Shown: one piece after another, positions 12,901 through 26,931 of the stretch
Numbering within the stretch: position 1 is the stretch's first letter
How the letters are laid out: every line of letters begins with the position of its first letter
DNA from: Blasia pusilla
Taxonomy: Eukaryota
DNA: 64,000 bases
Assembly: GCA_050084515.1 (NCBI GenBank)
Contig: CM114271.1
Span: 28,148,001 to 28,212,000 of the forward strand
Direction of reading: 5' to 3'
Notes under the pieces: model-generated
What the model was told of the DNA's origin: nothing
Database searches by the model: none
The model's input: the letters and a program-made list of their open reading frames with translations, nothing else
Position numbers and translations under genes: made by a program

Positions 12901-15900
12901 TTTAGAAGGTTGGCAAGGAGCTAAACTTAACAAATTTCAGGCCCAACTCAAAATTATAGGAAGCCACTGTTGAGTGCAGAATACGTCTTTCGTTTTAGTT
13001 CACATTCATCCTTCCCTATTCCCAGGATTCCTATCACTTGAGAACTTCTATTTGAGTGTTTGATTGCATTTCTGGAATGGAACATCAAACTGCAAGAAAA
13101 GTAATACACATGGCTTCCAAAAATTCACTCCTCACTACCTTCTTCTCAACTATCACCTTATTCAGCGTCTTCTAAACTTCTACAACTTTCAATTTCTCTA
13201 GGACAGATACTGGCTTCCCCGGTATCTCCCTCTGTTTGCATTGGATGCAAGTACATAGACATTACAGTGGCACCCACAGAAAAAAAATACAAGACAGAGT
13301 TCACAAAAAGTCCTAGGTCGTACTGTCTCACTCAGCATAGTCTACCATCTCAAGTGTAACACTATCACAGACTTCTCATAAAAGTTAGATGCAAAGAGCA
13401 AAATACTACTGGATTCCAAGTGAGCTGCATAATTTTGATGTTTAAATCTCCGTAACAAATACAAGTGAGTGTTTGCAGTAGTCAGGGGCTGCTTGCCATT
13501 GGGAACAAAAACTAATTCTACTAATAGTTGAGTAATGGAGTGCCTACAGTATACCTATAGTCATTGACCATGGAGAACAGAGCAATCAAGACAAAAGGAA
13601 GATTCCATGGTATTCCACGATAGTGGATTCCCTGTAAAACGTCCATAAGTTCATTATTGACTAACACAAACTCAGCAAGACACCAGTTTCTCAGAGGCAA
13701 TGCTCCCATTTTCTCATCCTGAGCCTGGATTAGAAAATTGGTAAAAATCCAATTGCACAAGTTGATTGCACAGAAACAAACAATGAAAGAAAGAGGAACC
13801 AAGCTGATACATACTTCAATGCAGCCACTCTAACTCGATTGCTTTGCTGGTCATTCAATCCATGAATGAAAACTGCCTGCAGAGTATTGAAGTGGGGCCG
13901 AAGTACATCCCCTATTGTCTCTGTCAATGAGCTGAACAGTATCAAGGCCACCTGCACAATTTACCACAATCAGACTGACTGTCTTAACCTTACATTAAAC
14001 CCACCACAGAGAAGAGACCTACGGAATGCTAGATTAAACATGGGAGAAAGACAAGAAACCCTTTGTGGATACCATAACAAAACAGTGGGAGAACGATCAC
14101 GGCAAAACAGTATTGAGGAATCCATGAAATGTCCAAACTTTCTCTCATGACTGTATACCCAGAACAAGAAGTGAAGAAATACTTGAGGAACCCTTATTTG
14201 GGAACCCTGCTTCAGTTCTTCAAATTCAGAGAGGGGGCAATCCCTTGAGCCACCAGAAAAGCAGGATGGGACCACCTAGAGTCAAGCACCTTGTGTGATG
14301 ATGGGACTGAAACGATTAGTCAAAACCTGGTCACTACAGAAAGATCAACTGCGTATGCTGATATTGCTAGGCTGGTAAACTGTACGACAAATTCAGTAGC
14401 CTAGATTCCCTGCCCAAAGCTGCTGAACTTGTACATAAAGTGTATTGGGGATCCCAATCAGGTAAGGTAGATAGTGTTGTAAAGCGCTTCCTGATTGGTA
14501 GATACTTCGCATCAACACTTACACTACATGAGAGTCTCCCTCCTCTCATATGGTACCTTCTGCACTTCTTTCTCTATCTGCCTGGGCAATATGCTTAAAC
14601 CCAGCAACCAATGGAGAATTAATAGCAGCCACTGAAAAGCTACTATGGGTTGAAATGCCTACACCCAAGTTGCAAAGGATGAACGTGTGGCACACACAAC
14701 AGAAGCTGTGTCTATTCAAATCCATGGTTATCCGGGCCACCTTGTATGCTCCTGAATTTTTTTGTGGACACACAAAACTCTTCATGCGGAAGAGCTTAGG
14801 AATTAGAAGAACAACACCCAACAATTTGATACTTGCCCAATTTGGCAAGGTAAGGATGGAGTCCATGACATCAAATATCTGCCATCCAAAGCTCTTAAGG
14901 GTTGAGACACCCACACCTGCTAGACTCCAGTTGCAAAAGGACGAATGTGTGGCACACACAACAGACGCTCTGTCTATTCAAATCCATGGCCATCCCAGGC
15001 CACCTTGTATCCTCCTGAATTTTTTTCTATTATTTTTTCTTTGGGGGGGGCACCCCCAATGAGAGGCCTAAGAGAGTTGACAACACACAAAACTCTTCAT
15101 GCCAATGTGCTTAGAAATTAGGAGGACAACACCCAACAATTTGATACTTGCCCAATTCGGCAAGGTACAGATGGAGATCCATGCCATCAAATATCTGATC
15201 ACGTTTCTGAAGCCCCTCAAACCTATCGATGCAGATAACCTCGACTGCCTCTCTGCTAGAGCTTTTGAAGCTTCTAAGAACAGTGCTACAGCTGGGGAAA
15301 AAAACGGGTACTATGATTGGAGGGAATGGGTTGACCAATAGGACATTTCAATCCATAACTTACCAACAAGCACCAACAAAGATGTTTAGGAGCTACTGCA
15401 CAATAACTATGTCTCAAACAGCAGGGATAGACATCAGAAGATTTAGAGAGGAGAAGCACTGTAGGTGGGAAAACTGGCAAAAGAATGAGACAGTATCACA
15501 CCTGTATGAATCCTGGGAGTCCAAAAAGAAGGCCTTTTACATCTCTAGCCCCATGCCCACTAAGCTTTGTCATGCACAGGCTAGATTTAGATCTGGTTCA
15601 ACTGACCTGGAGTTAGAGAAGAGAAACTTCTCCCATACAAAAAGAGAAAAAAGATTGTGCAGGCACTGCAATTCCAGGACTCTGCATGATAAGGAGCGCT
15701 ATCTTTTCTATTGCAATTACCGTGATAACATCAGGCTAGAGTTTCCTGATCTCTAACATGGCTCCACTCTCATGGTCAGCGATCTCATAGCCAGCAAGAA
15801 CTATATTCAGACTGCTAAACTCTTACACAGGGAGCATCATCTGAAACAGAGGACCTCTTATTCCTCCTTGGTTGTGCTACCTTGTTCCACAATTTGCAAA

Positions 15901-17925
15901 CCAAAGTCCCACGGCCCTTTGGACTCCCAATGGTGGATAAATCGCTGCATTCATTCTGCACCCATCCTAGTCTCTAGCACCGTCCAACCAGGGCAGAGGG
16001 TCTGTCACCTCAATCCTTCGAAAGGAACTACTGAATGGGTAGTCTCTCTCTTGAACATCACAGCTCTATGGTCACGACACTACAAAAGCAACTACTAAAT
16101 GGTACAGATTCTTGAACATGACATCGCCAAGTTGAGGCAGCAGAGGACGCTGGAAGTAATGCACCCCCTCCTCATCCTAGAGTGTTGACACAAGGGAGGT
16201 CAGAGAAGTAGGCCAAATCTTGGATGAAAAATATTCATGCAATTATCAGTACACCAAAACTCTTTAAACCAGCTTAACTGTGGGACCAAGGGGAAAAATC
16301 TTTGGCGGAAACTGAGAACAGAGCAGTCGGAGAGCACTCAAACCAAGACCTGGACACAGAAACCAAAATGTCAGACCATCTCTCTTTATTGTGTATCCTG
16401 AACCAGCAAGACGGAAAGTTATCTGCAGGGGACTCCTTGTTTGGGAATCCAGCTCGCATTCAAGCTGGGATGGTCTGTCTGTGGTTCAAGGATACTCCCT
16501 TGAACCACAGACAGGGCATTGAGAACACAATTGAAGTCCTCCAAGTCTTTGTCTGATGGTGGGGGTGAAACCTCTAACTCACTATCTGATCGCTTGTGCA
16601 AAAATTACAACACTGACGGGAACAGAATACCCTAAATTTGGTACTTAAATTTGGTGTTTATCAGAAACAATGGCCACTGTTCACTCCCAAACCCTCTGTA
16701 CTGGTAAGCAAAGTCTTTTGGGGATCCTAATCAGAAAAGATAGATAGAGTTGTAGGAGTTCCTTGGCTGATATTTGGAAAGTCCGTTCCAACACTCTCTA
16801 TCTTAAGCACCAACTTTATGACAGTCTCCCTACTCTCAGGGTACGTTCTTCCCCTCCTTCTGTGTCTGCACTGATTCGAGTCTCTAGAGCGCAGAGTCGA
16901 CGGTCACTCCAAAAGGAACTACTTCAGGAGTGCAGTCTGGCTCCAGATCGCCAGGGAACCAAATTTGTGGTGATTAGGCTATGAAAGGATTAGTACAGTC
17001 TTGCCCCACACCTCTCATCTCGGAAACCCTGGCCTTTCCTCGTGGAATTCAGGCACTACCTCCACAGCCAGATTACATCTTCATCAACCGTTGCTCGATT
17101 AAAGGAAATGCAAACAATAACTTTTGACCTTGGATGAGTAACAATAAGTAGGAACAAAAGATCATCAATGTGCACATAAATTGAAAATAGATCAACGCCA
17201 CGCGTAGGGAGTTGAGATCACTCACTTCTCTGTGATCTTCTTGCCCACTTTGAGAGCACTGGAACAAGAAAGGAAGCAACTCTGGCCATTCTCTGCTTGG
17301 CACTGCATGTTTTGCTATGACACTGACCACATTCGCACTGGCTCGCCGAACTGGCTGACTGCAGAGATGATACAAAACTCGATCTCATAATTAGACAAAA
17401 ATTAATACTTCTTGAACTTTTTAAAACAAAATCTTCATTGCACGGACGTATATTCAATGAAAGTTGATTTGGAAGAGGACAACCTTCTTCTACAAAGCGA
17501 TTACTTCCTCTTGAAAACCCATCATCCACTTGGTTTCAGTAACGAATGTTCACAATTCGCGTCATTCAGGTACTCCTTGTACAGGGCAAATATAGATATA
17601 GATCAATTCTGAAGTCCAGACTTCCGTCAAGGTAAGGTTTTTCTAATGCTTACACTGGATCGCTAGTGACGCTCTCCAAGAGGATCGATTTAGCCGAATG
17701 CTTTTGTTCTGGAGGTAGTCTCATCCAATGCCCGGTGATTTTCTTTCGTAGGATGACAGCCGCGAGCTGTCGCACATTAGGAGCCTGCGCCGTCCGCAAA
17801 TGGTGCAGCAAGGCAGGCACAATCTGTGAATCTTTGGAGAGCTTACGAATTTGCTCCTCTGCTGCCTTCCGCGCCTCATTATCAGGCACGAGAAATTGCA
17901 GCAGCAGAAACTCCAACTGATCCAT
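3926..17925 (-). CDS. IMB4: Importin-4 (karyopherin-beta family, plant IMB4-like), 20 exons, 1053 aa
   Basis: Hand-spliced GT-AG exons (minus): 17654-17925, 17226-17358, 13815-13951, 12645-12690, 12135-12347, 11487-11993, 10875-11009, 10327-10542, 8729-8818, 8075-8328, 7609-7697, 6798-6841, 6314-6344, 6077-6199, 5499-5719, 5161-5256, 4894-5006, 4655-4790, 4375-4479, 3926-4126. Total 3162 nt, phases consistent, ends TGA. Peptides: N-terminal MDQLEFLLLQFLVPDNEARKAAEEQI, HEAT repeats (VRGAASFALGQFAEHLQPE), RNISVRTGVLDEKAAATQALG, VRDNAAGAVARMI, LPLKED. Confidence 0.93.
7115..7430. repeat. ~155-bp tandem duplication inside an importin-4 intron
   Basis: GATGTAAGATATGTC...GCACTAGAACT at 7115-7265 and 7271-7430; the 3' ~70 nt are identical. 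Confidence 0.9.
14550..15850 (+). mobile_element. 5'-truncated, decayed non-LTR retrotransposon (LINE, RTEX/L2-like ORF2 3' end) in importin intron 2, antisense to the host gene
   Basis: Post-RT peptides KLCLFKSMVIRATLYAPEF and LGIRRTTPNNLILAQFGK, and C-terminal ARFRSGSTDLELEK...REKRLCRHCN...ERYLFYC (CCHC-like). An internal ~300-bp duplication (~14650-14885 vs ~14900-15200) is present. Confidence 0.7.
16400..17000 (+). mobile_element. possible second LINE (L1/Tx1-like) 3' relic in intron 2
   Basis: Peptide DIWKVRSNTLY resembles the W..IWK.RN..F C-terminal motif of L1-clade ORF2; otherwise heavily decayed. Confidence 0.3.
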
Positions 17926-20699
17926 GGACGCCACCTCTGGCTGCACTCTTCTGCACCAAATGCGCGGTCTCAGCGATTCTCATATGAAGAACCGAACATG
18001 CCCTCGAGAGGGCCTACGATCTTTTCAGAATCGCTATTTGGTGCAGCGTCTCTGGGCTGGAGGGATCCGCGCACCGCCATTTGGTAGGGCAGCTTGCCAA
18101 GCCCTAAAACGAAAGTTAGGGCATTCTTCTTCAAGGTTCCACTTATTTTTTAGAGTTTACTAGTAAGGGAAAAGTTTTGGGTCGCGGGGATCGTGAAGAT
18201 AAGCGACTGAAATTTAAAGGACCCAAAACTCCTTGATCGGTCCATGCCGCCGAAATCATGGCGCAGAAACTCCGAGGATGATTCTTGGGTCCCAAATATG
18301 CTATAGCACACGACTATTTTCTAGAGAACTGGTTACATCCGGTTACGTTTCCCTCTTTTCGACGGAGGGGATTCGGAATGCACGACGGAGAGGTATGGGA
18401 TTTGGAATGCTAGTGGTGCCACTTCGTGCCTTTCTTGATCATTGCCATGTCTGATGCGTGAAGTGATAAATGTGGATCTTTCTTTGCACCGTGTTTTTCT
18501 TAATGATTTCCATGTCTGCTACACACATTTCTGGTTCTCCACGCTCAATACCCCTGTTGAATTCCAATACAAGACTTCTCTCTCAATAGTTCGAGTGGCA
18601 ATTGTCTTTCTCTTTCCGATCAGGAGTTTCATTTCGCATGATTTTTCTTTCTCTTCAATCAGGAGTTTGAGTTTGAGTTCTCTAGGATGTGCGATCAGGA
18701 TGTACAAGAGTTCTTTTCCGAGTGCAAGGAGTCAGGGGGAGAAGTATATTGGGCGCCCTTTTAAGAACGTCTTGCTGAAATTGGAAATGTCGAAACATAG
18801 GTGGAAACCATAATCTTTCTTGAGCGCAAAAGGATGTTGTATGCAGATGGAATCGAGTACGTTGCACTACAAAGTGCGGCAAATAATTCACCTCCCCGAT
18901 TTGATAACGCTAAGCTTCACTATCATAGCAGTGCGCGCATCGGGCCAAGAACCAACGAAAGAGCTTCACTCCCAAATCACCCGTCAAACGAGCCAGACCC
19001 AAACAGCTCCACACCTTCGCTAGTGAATCAAGCAAGCTAACAACAAATAACCTTCACGATCACAATCTTGCGTCAATCGACCGCGCTTCACCACAACACT
19101 CGAGCATCATGTGAGTTCCGATTGTACACGCTTCACCACAACAATAATGCGTCGGACGAGGCAAATCAATGAAGCTTCATCAACATTGTAATCCGAAAGT
19201 AAGCGCATTAAGATTACAGCCATCGCCGAAATAAAACGAGGGAGAGGTCCATTCCTACTCTTTTCAAATTTGTGATCAATTATGTTCTGGCTTTACGTGA
19301 AACACGAAAATAACTTTGACGGTGAAGTCCATGAGTTGCTGGAGGAAGTGGAGGGATACCCGTAGTAGTACGTTTTCCATCATTGTAGTGGACATAAGTG
19401 CTTCGTTTCGGTTGAAAAATCCAATTGTACACTAGAAAGACCTAACATCGGAAATCGATGGATCCTGCCTAACCCCAGTGAAGTCGCGTGTAAATATCAC
19501 AGACTTGCCAAAATAAATATAGGACCAAGGACGTAGGACTTCCGCGACCCATCGTCGCGGTTTCCATGGGAACCTGCTGTAAGGTGCACCGGAAATAAAA
19601 TGTGTACGCATCCCTTCAGCATCTCTTAAGCTCGTGTGAAATATTTTCTTGCAACTTATTTCATGTCAAATTCTATTTCAGAGAAGACTTTCCAAATCAA
19701 GAAGGCACTCTCTAATAATAATATAGATTGTAATGTTGGATATGTGAGCTACAAACTACTATTTTAAAATTTTCAATACGTTTGGATCTTAACAATTTTC
19801 ACTTATTAATTCATAGGGTTTCTAATTTTGAGTCCTACAAGCCTTCCAAAGCCTCGTCGACGCATACTTCCGTGCATTTTTAGTGTTTAGAGGTCCTAAG
19901 AAGTATTTTTCAATTTTTAGTGGAAAGCATTTTCCTTCCTTTCTTTACTTGCTAGTGAGGATCCGTAAGAGATAGTGCCAACCTTTTTGTATGACCTCAA
20001 TCAACGTGATCAAAAGTATTTTTGAAGGAGTAGTGAGAGGTGTTAAAAAAAGTAGTAGCTCAACAAATTGCATCCTCTAATTAATGTAAAGATTGAGTAT
20101 ATCCTATTCACTCAAAAAATAAATTGTCTATAGTTGTTGTGATAAATCACATCACATGCATTCTGCAATGGATTTTTCAACAATTATATTATTTCACAAG
20201 CAAATCATTTCCATGTTTACGATATGTGCACTTCTAATCAACCACACTCGTAATAGAAAGTATGCATAACCCCAAGTTATATCATATCTTTTCTATTTAT
20301 TGGTTGTGAATTCTCTTGAGTTGAAACTTTTTTCCATACTATATTCTAATATAACGATTGAAAATAAACACAATGGATTCCAAAAAGGGTTATTTTTTAT
20401 GATGTCCCTCTTAAAATTTCATGGATTCAATTTTCATAATAATATAATCATGAATCATCATCTTCTATCTCATGCAATAAAATAAATCATCTTCATTAAT
20501 TTCCAAGTAATTTAATTATAGAAAATTACAAACCCTTGATATAATTGCAATATCCTACAATGGGACTAGTTATATCTCCTTCCACATTTGTTCATACCAT
20601 AATTAAATCATCCCAAGAAAAGGGACATATGACACAAAAAATGAACCACAATCGCTACCATCTTAAATTAAATGTATTTCAAGATGTAGCATGTATTTA

Positions 20700-23600
20700 C
20701 ATGTTCAAAAACAAAGATCAAGAGACAATGGTAGTGTAAACCCACATTCTAATGTATGTGTATTTGTGAGAGCTAATTTATGGACAATATATGAATCTCC
20801 TTAGATCCAAGACTAACCACAAAGATAGTTTTATTTCCATTCTTATTTCCTTACTAATTAGGGTATTTCATAAGGCACTCAACATTTGCAAATTATATGC
20901 AAACACAACGTAGACTACCATGTGGTGTACTCTCCTTGTATGAGCCTTCTTCCATGTTGATGTATCATTTACGTCAATCAAATACTTTGTGCTCAAGTAG
21001 AAGATCCTTTTATTTTGAACGGAGAATTTGGTAGATTTACAAGAGATAAGCCTCATCCGAAATATGAAGAAGACCTCATTTGTCATTTTTCCAAATATTC
21101 CATAAGCCTAAGACTTCCAAGTAGCCCACATTGCACCAAAGGCATTTAAAGGGCTTTAAAGTCATGGTTCATATATGGTTCATGCCTCGTTGCTTCCTTA
21201 CCCTCACTTCATATGAAGTTTCTAACAACCATTGGCATTAATTTGAAAATATTGAATTGGTACTCATAAAAATCAACCTAAGCTTTATATGGTGTGATCA
21301 TCATAGAATCCAATCTCTACCTAAATTCACCCTAAATCCCTGCCAATCTTAATCTTTGCAAGCAGAAGACTTAGATTGAATTCAAGAGACTCGATTGGTT
21401 TTGTATTCCATACGTAGCAAAGAAGCTGCCAAACGCTAGTGAGGTTGAGTCTCCCCAAGTGTGTATTTTCTCCATAGCAAGCCTTTTTCCCAAGCCTCGA
21501 CCAATCTCTCAAAGTTACTCGTTTAAATTAGAGCCCGTCGGTTAACTCTCTAATATACGTTCTTTAACTCAAACTTGAAACACGGACAAGCATGCATCAC
21601 GATTAGTTCATGGTTCAAGGACTTGAGCGGATAGAGAAGGAAAGTGTCCTCCCTATAGGAACTTCTGGACTTCTCTGAGGGAATATCAATCCTTCACACA
21701 TGTTTGATAATTATTTCTCTCCCCACCACCTTCACATTTTACCTTACCCATTACCTCCCTAAGCCCTTCATTTTGGCCCAAAGCCCAAATATGGTTTGTG
21801 ACCCAAAGACATAGATTTGACTAGTTATCCATCAAAATGGTGCAGTAGAGGCTTCTTGCAGCTTATGCAACTCCCGTATCCCTAAATACATCTAGGAGCA
21901 CAAACTTGCGTTTTATGTGTAGTACCCATAATGACTTCTTGTTTAGATCTAGATTTGATTAAATTATTTTCTTATCATGTTAGGATATGATGTTTCATCG
22001 AGAGCTCAAATCAACAGGGTTATTGAATTTCATCCTTTACACTATTGGAATTAGTTGTTTACATAACTCTCTTAGATCATGTCCTATTTTCCTTTGAGAA
22101 TGTTTTTATATCTTGTTTATCGCCTAAATGGAAATCTCTTCATGAATCTCTATCTCAAGATTGGAAGATATCTCTGAACTTATTAAGTCTAACGCTATTT
22201 GAAACCTTTGGAGCCCACTACATGTATATGAAGTTATTGTCAAAGTTATCAATGCTTTGCAACCTAAATTTTAGATGGATATCAATGACATTATGTCTTG
22301 TTCATCAAATATATTTAAGCTATCATATTGTGTAACAGATAATGATGTTGGTGAGTCTAATGTTAGTATACTTAACGATCAACATAAAGTATCGTTTAAC
22401 AGTTTAAACAAATTAAAAGGGTAAGGATTTCTTACAGGACCATAATGATATGGCAAAATATTCTTCATTTTATATATTCTTAAAAAGATTTTGGAAATCT
22501 ACCACTATATCACCCCTTCTCATAGCCATGATAGTGGTCGTTATATCTGTGATATCAATCCTTCACACATGTTTGATACTTATTTCTCTCCCCCCCCCCC
22601 CCCTTTTTTAAAGGTTGCACACTAGTAACATTACATATTAATGCAACAACAATGCATTCATCATTCTCCATTCCTATTTGAGGTGATTTACCAAACTTGC
22701 CTATGATTTATGACTCTTACTTATGATTAAAATATGCTTATGTTATAGTTATAGAAGATTTTTTTATAATAACATCCAAGTTATTTCAAATTATCGCTAT
22801 GTATCATATTCGGGTTTTTAAAAAATCTTATGGAAAGCCGTTTGGTATAAAAATAATACTTCTTGTTGGATATCTCTGGTAGTTATTCTCGGTGTGGAAC
22901 CAACAATCTAATAAGCATTGCCTTCATTATCATAGATTCCTCCACATTCTTGGCAAGCATGTCTATCTATGAACTCACAACTTCTATGAGGCACTTTGAA
23001 GGTCCAAATTATATTTACTTCCTCAACTCAATTAAGACTAATATTCAAACTCAAAGTGCAATAAATGATTGTTTGACAAACTTTTTATGTTAGAGAATGA
23101 AATAATAGACTACATTCATTTGGATGTAACTATTATGAATACTTATTATGAAGGTGTGTCTATTTTCAAGGTGTTAGCTCTAAAATACTTTTTTGGTGAT
23201 ACATTTATCATAGAGATGATGGTCAAATTTGATGTTTCCTTAGGTCGTAAATTAAACCCGTGGATGTAGGATGAAATATTTCATCAATTACCATTCATTA
23301 TAATTCTTGGTATTGTAATACTTTTTACCAACATAACCTCAATCAATGCTAGAACAAGGCAACAACTAAGAAAAAATTGTTCGCGCAAACTTAATAATTT
23401 TGAAGTATTTGGACTTAAAGAATAATCAACTCATTGTTGTACGATTCACTTTGAGATTATACAACATGGCATCTCATAACAACTCGACCAAGGGACATGA
23501 AACTAAGCTAAGTTCTCATAATACTCGTCTGAGCCATTAATTTCAACTTAATTGAATGCAAGGTGTGTCTCTACACAAGCACAACACCAATCCTAAAGCA

Positions 23601-24230
23601 TTTAACAATGTGGAGATGAACATATTACCACAACACCACAACCATGTTGTTCCAAAGATATTGTTATAAATACAATTATTTACTTTGAACCATTTGACAC
23701 TTTCCTCTCACGTTTCCACAACCTATATGGATTTTAAAAGCATGATTCTAAACAACATTCATACTTATCAAGAGGAAATCCAACCATATTTTATATAACT
23801 CATCAAGAACCAAATGAAATACTTAGATAATCTAGGCTATATATATTAGCCTGTTAGAAACATAGTGTCATAAGACTTTAAATCTAAACTTGGGTTTTCA
23901 TTAAACAAGTGTGGGATTCCAAGTTTTATCGTGTGAATAAGGATGGTTATGGCACAACTAGTTATTGAATATTTTTTATTAATTATTTTTTTCAATTTTA
24001 CTTTTTATAGCTTTCATTCAAGTGTTGGAAACCCCTTTAATTGACGATATGTATTTATGAAACTCTTTTGTATCCAGAGAAAGGTGCTTAGATTCAAGAA
24101 CGTAGACCTTAAACAAACCTCACTGACTATAAAAAGCCACCAAACTTTTCAACATTGCATTAGGGAAAATAAGATTTGAATAACATAAGGCATGGTATGC
24201 ATCTCCCTATCACTGTTTATGCTATTGGAC
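20700..24230 (+). mobile_element. highly decayed Helitron copy A (helicase C-half plus accessory gene, possible Rep scraps)
   Basis: 22980-23170 (MRHFEGPNYIYFLNSIK...) aligns by eye with helicase 34395-34580, and 23730-24170 aligns with 35455-35870. Boundaries are uncertain. Confidence 0.55.
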
Positions 24231-24289
24231 TTGACCTTAGTCAAAGATACTCATTTATTTAATGAGTATCTTAGACTAAGATGAAGTCT

Positions 24290-24870
24290 ACTACTTGAGA
24301 AGCAAGTGAAGGTAGTTATAAGTTGGGCTTCAAAAAAGCAATCTATTGTTGTTTTATCTTCAATAGATACTGAATACAAATAAGCAACCAATGCAACATG
24401 TGAAGCATTGTTGCTTCATTGATTACTTTATGAGATTTTTGTTTATAATTCATGACATAGTCTAATATATGCAAACAACATAATTAGTGTTAAGTTTGCC
24501 TATAATCTTGTGTTTCATGCTTCAATAAAGCATGTAGAGTTGCGCTAACACTTTATCAGAAAGAAAGTAATTGCAAGAGAATTGGATCTTATGTATACAG
24601 CCACACATGAACAACTTGTTGATATTTTAAAAATATATTATCTAGAGAAAAGTTTGAGATGCTTTGAAATGATTTAGGAATTAGAGATAACGATATAAGC
24701 TGGAGGGGTAGTTTTGAAGATTACGTTACATTAAAGTTCATCAAACATACAAATTACTATATTTGGTACTCATATAAAGTAGGAAAGATCAATAGTGGTT
24801 TATCGATTAAGCATGACGATCTTCACTAGGGTTAGTTAACCACAATTAGTATGTGAGTGTGAGAGTTGAA
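24290..24870 (+). mobile_element. Ty1/copia 3' fragment: RNase H, polypurine tract and partial LTR
   Basis: VISWASKKQSIVVLSSIDTEYK and KHVELR*HFIRKKV; purine tract GGAGGGGTAG at ~24702-24711; the following sequence is the reverse complement of the copia LTR at ~52390-52524. Confidence 0.8.
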
Positions 24871-25299
24871 TCCCAGAAGTCATATCTATTTCATAGTTTT
24901 TTACATCTTTCACTACCCAAAAACGATGCAAGCTTTCATTTCATGGTTAAGGCTTCTCCTTGTTGATGTCTCAACTATACGTTTTGCCTACTAATGGTTT
25001 ATTTGTTTGCTTTCCTTCCTTAATCCTCTATGTTTATCCATGATTTAAGGGAAAGAGCTACGCTATGCCAAACCAACTATATATATTTGAAAAATATTTC
25101 TTTAATTATTCTCCATTTATTAAGTTCATCATTCATTATAGTTTGCATGTTCTTTGGTATTGGGTGGTTTTTATTGTTGATTACAATTATACCATTATTG
25201 GTGTTAGATGCATCTTTTGAATGTGTGTCCAATTGTGCTTTCATGTAGTAGCTTCTCCTTGCTCCCTTAACCTATACACATCCTCAAGCATATCTTAGC

Positions 25300-26820
25300 T
25301 TTGCAAACACTTTTGAATAACATCGGCAATTCATTTGGATCCTCGTAATATATCGACATTGTCTAACTAAGACCTAGACAAAACATATCCTTACATTCAA
25401 TGGGAGGAAATGGCCCCCAATATGTTATTCAAGATCAAATCTATGAGAGGGCCAATAAGAGGAACTTCAATACTCAACAAAGCCAATCTAGCATATCTTT
25501 GTCAACATATACGTAGTAAGGTTGTCTATTTCAAGAAGGTGAATTGTACACCTCAATGTATGGATTCTTCGCATACTTTGATTCTTACTTCAGTAGATGG
25601 CGTGTCGTATGCTCATTAATTGTCAAGAATATATAATGTTGTGGTTATTATGGGTTTGTATTGTATTGCAACACTCGAGTAAAGACAAGTGTCGTTTAAG
25701 ATGCATCAAACTCGCCATTTGCATTATGTAATGCTTTTCTCAAAGACTATACAATACCATAGCCAAACCACTTCTATGTTTGTGATTTGTGCATCTTGAG
25801 TGGACCTCGCACCAATGTAAAATTGTGCATACATTAGGCAATTATTTATTGTCAATCCACTGCATTTATTATCCATAGTTGATTCTATAGTAGGGGTATA
25901 GAAGAAGCTCGATGGCTTTTGTAGGGGTTTTTTTATAAGTTATATCAATTTTGGATTTTACTTTCATTGGTTTCAACCTTGGCAATAATATAGATGAAGC
26001 TCAATCCTCGAATATCCAACAGTTCATGAAGATAATTATTGAAATTAATCCCTTGAGCAAAGATTACAAGACTCTTATAGAGTTGCCAAATCCCACATTT
26101 TAGATTAGTTATATTTCCTTCGTCATTTGTCCATAGGACAGTCAAGGTCTCTCAAGATAGAAGGCAAGTTACACATAGCATGAACCACGACCCTTATCAC
26201 AATGACTTGAATATGGGTTAGGATGTCCCCTACTCTCTAATTTTCCAAAGGCAAACCTCCATTGATATTTATGACAATGGTAGTATCTCCTTGCGAGCAA
26301 ATTCATTTTCCCATGACAAGCTCCTTACCAATGTCTTCGATACATCAATTGACCAATGATTTATAATAGAGATTGCATCATTTCCAATTATTGTTGCCTT
26401 TTTATCGTGGATATTTTATAGATAGGTCTATATTCTCTTACTACATTCAAGCCCAAACCCGCCAACTGGTTAGTGCATTCTTATTGTGCATGCCATATCT
26501 ATTGTTGATGTACCAACTATGCCAATTTGTTGCTTTATCTTCCATCTTAATGGGGAGTTAGACAGCCTTTCTAGAGATAAGCAACAATTGAGTGACGAAG
26601 ACTTATATAACTATCTACATAAATACTCGCTTAGACCTTAGATCCCTGATAGTCATGATTGGTACTCACATGCAACAATTGGACTTTTGTAGTAGATGAG
26701 ATGTTGGCCCTTTCTAAAGTAGATATTCTATTCAAACTTAAGAAAGAAAAAGAGATCTCTAGAATCGTTCTAGATCAATAAAGCACTTGGAAAGTTCACC
26801 CTCTAATTCCTCTAAATGTG
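25300..26820 (+). mobile_element. decayed Helitron N-terminal (pre-Rep) fragment, a further copy
   Basis: Colinear similarity to 29150-30600: ATATAATGTTGTGGTTATT (25632 and 29483), TGCATTATGTAATG (~25720 and ~29572), CATGA.C.ACGACCC.TATCA (~26179 and ~30038). Confidence 0.6.
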
Positions 26821-26931
26821 TCTCTCGTATGATTTGCAACATGCATGGGTGTGAGGATATGTTAAAAAAAAACCTGGAATTATATGGGGAACAATGAAAC
26901 TCACTTCGTTAACACTCAAATGCGCTAAGTA

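Noticed and set aside
17926-17946. N-terminal extension MQPEVAS of importin-4 in the ORF track
   Set aside because: It starts at GTG; the ATG at 17925 matches the expected importin-4 start.
18233-19040. Several 60-120 aa ORFs upstream of importin-4 as a possible divergent gene
   Set aside because: No recognisable domain or consistent exon structure.
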